A stretch of 32,720 bases of DNA. It comes from an uncultured Thiotrichaceae bacterium. Its GTDB lineage: Bacteria > Pseudomonadota > Gammaproteobacteria > SZUA-229. Shown here piece after piece: positions 26,227-32,720 of the stretch (position 1 is the first letter of the stretch; every line of letters starts with the position of its first letter). The notes under the pieces are model-generated. The model saw only the letters and a program-made list of their open reading frames with translations. It ran no database searches and was not told the DNA's origin. The position numbers and the translations under genes were made by a program. The DNA is taken from contig CAZYCY010000002.1 of assembly GCA_964646145.1 (NCBI GenBank), positions 1 to 32,720 of the forward strand, given 5' to 3'.

Positions 26227-29034
26227 TCAGCCATCGAGCAGTTGCCGAACTCGTTTCGCTAACAGCGACAGATTATAAGGCTTTGCCAGCATGTTTGCAG
26301 AAAAGCGTGTCTGGCTGTGATGCACTTCACTGCTGGAGGTATAACCCGAAGCGAGTAGTACTTTAAGTTGCGGATTCATCTCTACCGCACGTTCGGCTAG
26401 TTCATAACCATTGATACCACCGGGCATTAACACATCACTTAACAGCAGATCTATTTTCGGTTCATCTGACAATACCTGCAATGCCTGCTTGCCGTTGGTT
26501 GCGGTCAATACCCGATAATCCATCTCTTGCAGTATTTCACTGGCCAGTTCCAGCAAAGCTTCTTCATCGTCCACCACCAGTATGGTTTCACTCCCGCGGT
26601 GTTTCTCATCCATAATATCTGTCTCTGTTGTTTGATTAATTTGTACCCTACCATTACATTTTGGTAGATTCATTAAAAATTTACTACCATTACCCACTTC
26701 AGACTCGACCACGAGGCAACCACCACTACGTTTAACAAAACCGAAAACCATCGCCAGTCCCAATCCGGTTCCCTTACCCTGCTCTTTGGTGGTATAAAAA
26801 GGCTCAAAAATATGTGCCTGCTGCGCACTGGGAATACCTTCCCCATTATCTATCACCGCTAATTGCACATAATCACCTCCTTCTTCGCCGGCACATAAAA
26901 TATCGCTCATTTCAAGATTGGCACAATTCATTGTTTTCAATATTAGCTGACCACCACCTGGCATGGCATCACGCGCATTCAGAATTAGATTTATCACCGC
27001 ATCCTGTAAATCACCAGGATCCACTCTGGTCAACCATAAATCACTGGCAAGCTCCAGTTTCACTTCAATTCTGGGGGTGACCGAATGCACAATCAGGCTA
27101 TCCATATCATTCAATAGCTGATTGATATCAGTAACCATCTGCTGATCAGCTTTATTATGCGAAAAACTAAGCAACTGGCGCACCAGATCCACTGCGCGTT
27201 GTGTCGATTTTTGAATAATTCCTATTCGCTTACAAGCACTTTCATCCGCCACTAGCTGGTTCTTTAACATGGTCAAGTTGCCAATAATAATGGCAAGAAT
27301 GTTGTTGAAATCATGTGCTATGCCACCGGTAAGATGACCTATCGCCTCCATCTTTTGGGTATTCAACATTGCCTGCTCAGAACGACGATGCTCAGTAATA
27401 TTTCGACCAACACCCAAAACACCCGTTAGTATGCCCTCAGGAGAAAACATTGGTACCTTTGTGGTTTCGAGCAGTTCTACATGACCGTCATCAGCAAAAG
27501 TCACTTCTTCCTCATAAGTAATAGCTGCGCCAGTTTCTATTGCCATCCAGTCTTTTTCAGCAAAAAGATTGGCCAGTTTTTTGTCCACAAAGTCGTAATC
27601 GGTTTTGCCCACAATCTTAGCCTGGCTGGCACCAGAGAAGCGTTCAAATTTTGAGTTACAGCCCATATAAACACCCGCAGGATCTTTCCACCAGACGATA
27701 TCGGGCAAGGTTTCAATTAAAGTGCGTAACTGTGCTTCACTTTCGATCAGTTGTTTTGTTCTTTTTTCTACCTGTGTTTCCAGACCATCATTTAGCTGGT
27801 ATAAGTAAGTGCTGGCTTTTTCAAGAGCGATTTCTTTTTCCTTTCGCAACAGCTCTACTCTCTCCATAAATGCTTGAGCAAACAATACAGCGACAAGCAT
27901 TACACCAAACTGCATAGCATGTAAGGTAAAAAATGTATGCGGCACAATGCCCAGATAAACTAGCATCGTAATTAAAACCGCTAATAGGAAAATGCCACAG
28001 GCAATAATAAAAATTCGAGCGGGACGATAACCTGCATAGGCTGCAGCAATTGCCCCAATTAAAATCACGGGTGGAAATAACAATCCTGAGAAGACTGCCA
28101 ACCTCACTGCCAGAAAATAATTGCCAAATAAGCTTAACATTGAGCTAATGGCAGTGAAGGTGATTAACAAATAAAATAGAATTTTTATGTTCAAGTGTCT
28201 TTTATGCCATATCTGCAAAAAACTGCCTGAAAAAAGCACACCACTAATCACTGTCAGCCCAATAAGCAACGAGATTGCTCTGTTGCTAAGCCAGGGCATA
28301 TCTGGCCATAAATATTGATAGCTAAGCCCATTTAGTGATAACTGAAGTAGCAAATAACTCACTAGAAACAGTGCATAATAAAGAAACAATTTGTCATTAA
28401 ATTTGCCATAAGAGAGCAACGCTGCAATCACTATTAATAGCAACATTCCATAATAAACACCCAGAATCAAGTTGACCTGATTGACATGCTCGATAAAGCT
28501 GGTTGCTGTCCACAGCCATAGTCCAATTTGCATTGAACCCTCTGTCTGTAGCCGCATATAGTAGATGCTGCTATGCTCACCAGGCTCAGGCAAAACAAAT
28601 ACCGAACTACGATATGACACCTCGCGCATTGCAAAAGATATACCATCACCAGCTAGCTTTTCATGATAAATTCCTTGCTCATCAGCTACAAATAAAGACA
28701 CATTATCAATTAATGGGCTTTCAAGTTGCAACAATACATTGTTGTTCTGCATGTTAGAAAAACGCGCGGTAAAACGAACCCAGTAGACAGCATTTGAAAA
28801 ACCAAAGTTACTACCAATAACGGAAACCGGTTTGAAATCATGCCCCGCTTCACCGCTGACAATATCATTAATGCTCAGGCGATGGTCCGGATCAGCCAAT
28901 ATTTCAATATAGGGCTGTAGATCGAGTTTGTTATCTGTCGCGGTAAAATGAGCAACAGGCGATAACTTATCAGCCGCCAGTATTTGCACTGGTATGGCTA
29001 AAAATACAAATAGTAGTAATTTTTTTATAGTCAT
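26227..29034 (-). CDS. Hybrid sensor histidine kinase: 7TMR-DISMED2 periplasmic domain, 7TMR-DISM 7-TM, PAS, HisKA/HATPase, receiver (935 aa)
   Basis: Signal peptide, then about 170 aa extracytoplasmic and seven hydrophobic helices. A PAS-like segment follows (LPDIVWWKDPAGVYMGCNSKFERF). The H-box is GGIAHDFNNIL, the N and G boxes are LILNARDAM and GTGLGLAMV, and the C-terminal REC is ILVVDDE...LLLSDVLMPG. Confidence 0.85.
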   Translation of the reverse strand: MTIKKLLLFVFLAIPVQILAADKLSPVAHFTATDNKLDLQPYIEILADPDHRLSINDIVSGEAGHDFKPVSVIGSNFGFSNAVYWVRFTARFSNMQNNNVLLQLESPLIDNVSLFVADEQGIYHEKLAGDGISFAMREVSYRSSVFVLPEPGEHSSIYYMRLQTEGSMQIGLWLWTATSFIEHVNQVNLILGVYYGMLLLIVIAALLSYGKFNDKLFLYYALFLVSYLLLQLSLNGLSYQYLWPDMPWLSNRAISLLIGLTVISGVLFSGSFLQIWHKRHLNIKILFYLLITFTAISSMLSLFGNYFLAVRLAVFSGLLFPPVILIGAIAAAYAGYRPARIFIIACGIFLLAVLITMLVYLGIVPHTFFTLHAMQFGVMLVAVLFAQAFMERVELLRKEKEIALEKASTYLYQLNDGLETQVEKRTKQLIESEAQLRTLIETLPDIVWWKDPAGVYMGCNSKFERFSGASQAKIVGKTDYDFVDKKLANLFAEKDWMAIETGAAITYEEEVTFADDGHVELLETTKVPMFSPEGILTGVLGVGRNITEHRRSEQAMLNTQKMEAIGHLTGGIAHDFNNILAIIIGNLTMLKNQLVADESACKRIGIIQKSTQRAVDLVRQLLSFSHNKADQQMVTDINQLLNDMDSLIVHSVTPRIEVKLELASDLWLTRVDPGDLQDAVINLILNARDAMPGGGQLILKTMNCANLEMSDILCAGEEGGDYVQLAVIDNGEGIPSAQQAHIFEPFYTTKEQGKGTGLGLAMVFGFVKRSGGCLVVESEVGNGSKFLMNLPKCNGRVQINQTTETDIMDEKHRGSETILVVDDEEALLELASEILQEMDYRVLTATNGKQALQVLSDEPKIDLLLSDVLMPGGINGYELAERAVEMNPQLKVLLASGYTSSSEVHHSQTRFSANMLAKPYNLSLLAKRVRQLLDG

Positions 29035-29045
29035 AATGAAGGCTT

Positions 29046-29097
29046 TTCATGACCGGGCAAAAACTCAGCAATACTGTCATCTCGATTAAAGAGAGAT
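29046..29097 (-). terminator. Rho-independent terminator downstream of the TRAP substrate-binding protein gene
   Basis: 15-bp perfect stem CAATACTGTCATCTC (29059-29073) / GAGATGACAGTATTG (29083-29097) with a 9-nt loop. On the minus strand it is followed by CTGAGTTTTTG. Confidence 0.7.
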
Positions 29098-29112
29098 GAC
29101 AGTATTGAGCGT

Positions 29113-30186
29113 TTACCTTATATTAAAATAGATTCTTTCAGAAATATCATGCCAGCTCGACACCTGTTTAAAAAACGTGTTGTAAGAGTCATAAATCTTT
29201 TGTGCTGCCTGGTTTTTTGCTGCTAATTCAAGCACCACATCATGTGATAGTGCTTTAAGTTTTATTAAAACGTCATCTGGTAATTTTCGAACATCAACCT
29301 TATGTTTATTAACCAATGTATCCAGTGCTGTATTATTCTTTGCGGTGAATTCAAGTGACATATCCTGATTAACCACCTTACAGGCATTTTCAACGATGGA
29401 TTGTAAATCATTAGGTAAAGCATCCAGTGCTTTTTTATTGATGATGGCTTCCAGCGTGGTACCAGGCTCATGCCAGCCAGGGTAGTAATAATATTTTGCC
29501 GCTCTATGCAAACCAAAAGCCAGGTCATTAAATGGCCCAACCCACTCAGTGGCATCAATTACCCCGGTTTTTAGCGAGGTAAACAACTCGCCACCAGGCA
29601 GGCTTACCGGTACGCCACCTGCTCGTTTCAACACTTCGCCACCGAGCCCGGGAATGCGCATTTTTAAGCCTTTTAAATCTTTGCTACTGTTAATTTCTTT
29701 GTTGAACCAGCCCGCCATCTGCACGTTTGTGTTACCCGCTGCCGCAGGTACTACACCAAAGGGTTCATAAGTTTCTCGCCATAACGCCATGCCGCCGCCA
29801 TAATACAGCCATGCATTCATTTCCTGCGCATTCATGCCAAATGGCACGGTCGAAAAGAACTGCGCCTGTTCGATTTTTCCTTTCCAGTAATACGCCGCGC
29901 CATGACCCATTTCTGCCGTGCCACGTGAAACCGCATCGAATACTTCAAATGCCGGTATTAATTCTCCGGCACCAAACACTTTCACCCTGATACGACCATC
30001 ACTCATCTCGGTAATGAGTTTAGCCAGTTGATTAGCGCCCGTACCTAATACCGGAAAGTTTTTTGGCCAGGTAGTTACCATTTTCCATCTTATTTTTGTT
30101 TTGGCACTGACGATAGCAGGGGCGGCAATGCCTGCGCCTGCAACGGTTGCTACACCTGCCTGCTTGATAAAATCACGACGTTTCAT
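29113..30186 (-). CDS. TRAP transporter substrate-binding protein (DctP family, Tat signal, 357 aa)
   Basis: Twin-arginine leader MKRRDFIKQAGVATVAGAGIAAPAIVSA. The mature part (IRWKMVTTWPKNFPVLGTG...GHGAAYYWKGK...) resembles the COG4663-type TRAP receptors. Confidence 0.85.
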   Translation of the reverse strand: MKRRDFIKQAGVATVAGAGIAAPAIVSAKTKIRWKMVTTWPKNFPVLGTGANQLAKLITEMSDGRIRVKVFGAGELIPAFEVFDAVSRGTAEMGHGAAYYWKGKIEQAQFFSTVPFGMNAQEMNAWLYYGGGMALWRETYEPFGVVPAAAGNTNVQMAGWFNKEINSSKDLKGLKMRIPGLGGEVLKRAGGVPVSLPGGELFTSLKTGVIDATEWVGPFNDLAFGLHRAAKYYYYPGWHEPGTTLEAIINKKALDALPNDLQSIVENACKVVNQDMSLEFTAKNNTALDTLVNKHKVDVRKLPDDVLIKLKALSHDVVLELAAKNQAAQKIYDSYNTFFKQVSSWHDISERIYFNIR

Positions 30187-30235
30187 ACTGATACCTTAAT
30201 CACATTAAAAGCAAAAAATATTTTTAAGTTTTTAC

Positions 30236-30292
30236 ATGGATGCACAGGATAAACAGGATTTTTTTGTTATCCTGCCCATTCTGTGCATCCAT
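30236..30292. repeat. Long imperfect palindrome between uvrD and the TRAP receptor gene
   Basis: Outer 12-bp stem ATGGATGCACAG (30236-30247) / CTGTGCATCCAT (30281-30292). An inner stem CAGGATAAACA / TGTTATCCTG has one bulge. It may act as the uvrD terminator, but there is no clean U-tract. Confidence 0.5.
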
Positions 30293-30338
30293 ATAAATTG
30301 GTTTTATCTCGTTCACAAATTTAATGGCGTTTTACAAT

Positions 30339-32600
30339 CTACACCGGCGACAAATTCGCATAAGCCATTACCAGCCACTTGCTGCCTTCGTATTCAAAAT
30401 TTACCTGTACTCTGGCGTGGCTACCACTGCCTTCTAAATTAGTCACCATGCCTTGACCAAATTTTTTATGGTTAACCCGTTGACCAACATAAATGCCGTT
30501 AACGGTTTCTGATGATTTATAATTAGCTGACTGGTAACCTGGTGCCTTATATTGTGTCGTCGACACACGGTGACTGGTATTATGCTGCCCTCTAATTTCA
30601 CTGACCAAATGCTGAGGGATTTCGCTGATAAAACGTGAGGCACTTGGGTATTTGCCCTGCCCGTACAAGCGTCGATGTTCGGCGCAACTTATTACCAGTT
30701 GTTCACGCGCACGGGTAATACCTACATAACACAGCCGGCGCTCTTCTTCGAGCTTGCCTTCTTCTTCCAGTGAACGCTGACTAGGGAATAGCCCTTCTTC
30801 CATGCCGACCATAAAGACTAATGGAAATTCCAGACCTTTTGCACTGTGCAGGGTCATTAGCTGTACGCAGTCATCCCATTCCGCAGCCTGCCCCTCGCCC
30901 GCCTCTAATGCGGCATGGCTTAAAAAAGCGGTCAACTCACTCATCGCTACGTCCAGTTCTGACTGGTCGTAATCAAAACTACGTGCGGCAGTAATTAACT
31001 CTTCAATATTTTCTACCCGAGCCAGAGCTTTTTCTGTTTTTTCTTTTTCGTAGTATTCAATCAGACCGACATTATGTACCACATGTGCGACCTGTTCATA
31101 CAACGGTAGATCCGTGCTATCTGTCTGCAAAGTCGCTATTAAATCCAGAAAACCCTGCACTGAATTTGCGGCTCTTGCTGGCAAGCCTTTGTCCTGAAGG
31201 ATTTGCTTTGCTGCCAGCCATAATGGTTTATCACTCTGTTTTGCTAGTTCTCGTATTTTTTCAACACTGCGCTCGCCTATGCCGCGTGTCGGGGTATTGA
31301 TTACCCGTTCAAAGGAGGCATCATCATTGACGTTATCCATTAAGCGCAAATAGGCCAGTGCATTTTTAATTTCAGCACGCTCAAAAAATCGCATACCGCC
31401 ATAAACACGATAGGGAATGCCCTCGCTAACAAAACGCTCCTCAAATACTCGTGATTGCGCGTTAGAGCGATACAATATTGCGGCATCTGCACGGGCATTA
31501 CCCAGCGCCACAAACTGCTTTATTTTATCAAGTACAAACTGTGCTTCATCACGTTCGTTATAAGCATTATAAAAGAGTATCAGCTCGCCATCCTCGCCAC
31601 CACTCCACAGCTTTTTTCCCATGCGCTCTGCATTGTTATCAATTAGCGCATTAGCAGCCGAAAGAATAGTGCTGGTTGAACGATAATTCTGCTCCAATTT
31701 TATGACTTCAACAGATGGATAATCTCGCTGAAAACGTTGGATGTTTTCCACTTTTGCACCACGCCAGCCATATATTGCCTGGTCATCATCACCTACAATA
31801 AATACTTTATTTGACTGTCCGGCTAATAATTGAATCAACGCGTACTGAATGGTATTGGTGTCCTGAAACTCATCCACCAGAATATGCAAAAAGCGTTTTT
31901 GGTAATGTGCCTGCAGTGAGTCATTATCACGGATCAGCTCCAGAGTGCGCAATAACAGTTCGGCAAAATCAATTACTCCTGCTCGCTCACAGGCAACTTC
32001 ATAAGCAGTATAAATTCTCACCAGCTGTTGATAAACCGGATTACCTGAGGTGTCGATATGTGCGGCTCGTTTACCTTCATCTTTACGTTTATTAATAAAC
32101 GCCTGCGCCTGCTTTGGTGGCCACTTGTCTTCATCCAGTTCCAATGACTTTACTATGCGGCGCACCATACGGTACTGGTCATCGGCATCCAGAATCTGAA
32201 AACTTTGTACCAATTTTGCCTCTTTCCAGTGATTACGTAATAATCGATGCGCCAGCCCATGAAAGGTGCCAACCCACATGCCAGCAACCGGCAAGCCTTG
32301 CAATTTCTCGACACGGTGGCGCATTTCTGCGGCGGCTTTATTGGTAAAAGTAACGGCAAAAATATTATAAGGTGAAACGCCTTCAACCTGATTTAGCCAG
32401 GCGATACGATGTACCAGTACTCGGGTTTTGCCACTGCCTGCGCCCGCCAGTATTAACATATGCACTGGCGGAGCGGTAACCGCCTGGCGCTGGGCATCAT
32501 TTAACTCATTTAAGATATGGGAAACATCTATCTCTGTGGTCTGCTTAACCAGGTGCTGAAAAGTAGTGTCAGTGGATTTTTGTTTTACAATGTCTGTCAT
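30339..32600 (-). CDS. uvrD: DNA helicase II UvrD (753 aa)
   Basis: SF1 motifs AGAGSGKT, VDEFQDTN, LEQNYRS, TLHSAKGLEF and VGITRA. The UvrD-type C-terminal tail is VGQRVNHKKFGQGMV...VNFEYEGSKWLV. Confidence 0.9.
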   Translation of the reverse strand: MTDIVKQKSTDTTFQHLVKQTTEIDVSHILNELNDAQRQAVTAPPVHMLILAGAGSGKTRVLVHRIAWLNQVEGVSPYNIFAVTFTNKAAAEMRHRVEKLQGLPVAGMWVGTFHGLAHRLLRNHWKEAKLVQSFQILDADDQYRMVRRIVKSLELDEDKWPPKQAQAFINKRKDEGKRAAHIDTSGNPVYQQLVRIYTAYEVACERAGVIDFAELLLRTLELIRDNDSLQAHYQKRFLHILVDEFQDTNTIQYALIQLLAGQSNKVFIVGDDDQAIYGWRGAKVENIQRFQRDYPSVEVIKLEQNYRSTSTILSAANALIDNNAERMGKKLWSGGEDGELILFYNAYNERDEAQFVLDKIKQFVALGNARADAAILYRSNAQSRVFEERFVSEGIPYRVYGGMRFFERAEIKNALAYLRLMDNVNDDASFERVINTPTRGIGERSVEKIRELAKQSDKPLWLAAKQILQDKGLPARAANSVQGFLDLIATLQTDSTDLPLYEQVAHVVHNVGLIEYYEKEKTEKALARVENIEELITAARSFDYDQSELDVAMSELTAFLSHAALEAGEGQAAEWDDCVQLMTLHSAKGLEFPLVFMVGMEEGLFPSQRSLEEEGKLEEERRLCYVGITRAREQLVISCAEHRRLYGQGKYPSASRFISEIPQHLVSEIRGQHNTSHRVSTTQYKAPGYQSANYKSSETVNGIYVGQRVNHKKFGQGMVTNLEGSGSHARVQVNFEYEGSKWLVMAYANLSPV

Positions 32601-32674
32601 TGGCTAGTTTATTAATAGTGGCAGTCAAAATCGAACTGTTATTGTATATTCTTCGCACTCAAGAGTCTCAACAA

Positions 32675-32717
32675 CCACCAGCTAAAGCTGGTGGGTTAGT
32701 ATTATGGACTAAAGTCC
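32675..32717. repeat. Two adjacent small hairpins with TAAA loops
   Basis: CCACCAGC-TAAA-GCTGGTGG (32675-32694) and GGAC-TAAA-GTCC (32706-32717) lie at the window edge upstream of uvrD. They may belong to a repeat that is cut off by the window. Confidence 0.4.
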
Positions 32718-32720
32718 GGA

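Noticed and set aside
32636-32651. Possible LexA (SOS) box upstream of uvrD
   Set aside because: Only the CTGT half-site is present. The position 8 nt downstream reads ATTC rather than ACAG, on either strand.

Overview
The window looks like an ordinary gammaproteobacterial-type chromosomal core region, moderately AT-rich. All homology calls come from reading the ORF translations against remembered families; no searches were run. The coding content is almost entirely housekeeping. It holds a DUF1538 membrane protein with two PII-like genes (62-2605, minus), an LPP20-type lipoprotein and dsbA. A complete System I cytochrome c maturation operon, ccmABCDEFGHI, occupies 4869-12279 on the minus strand. 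After that come a diheme cytochrome c4, engB, polA, thrB (APH-type homoserine kinase) and TRAP transporter Q and M subunits. The right half carries plsB, a large DUF748/AsmA-like protein, a 7TMR-DISM hybrid histidine kinase, an isolated TRAP substrate-binding protein and uvrD. I found no CRISPR array, rRNA, tRNA, prophage, transposase gene or recognisable defence or toxin system, and I cannot point to a convincing new multi-gene system. The structure the genes do not explain lies in the intergenic DNA. At least four families of non-autonomous inverted-repeat elements (MITE-like) are present, most with perfect 8-bp target-site duplications. One 952-bp spacer (19902-20853) holds three of them, one nested inside another. 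A REP-like 35-42-bp repeat family is also present. Secondary curiosities are the DUF1538/two-PII cassette, a TRAP transporter whose P gene is separated from Q and M by about 9 kb in a way that one inversion would repair, and plsB sitting next to an AsmA-clan protein.
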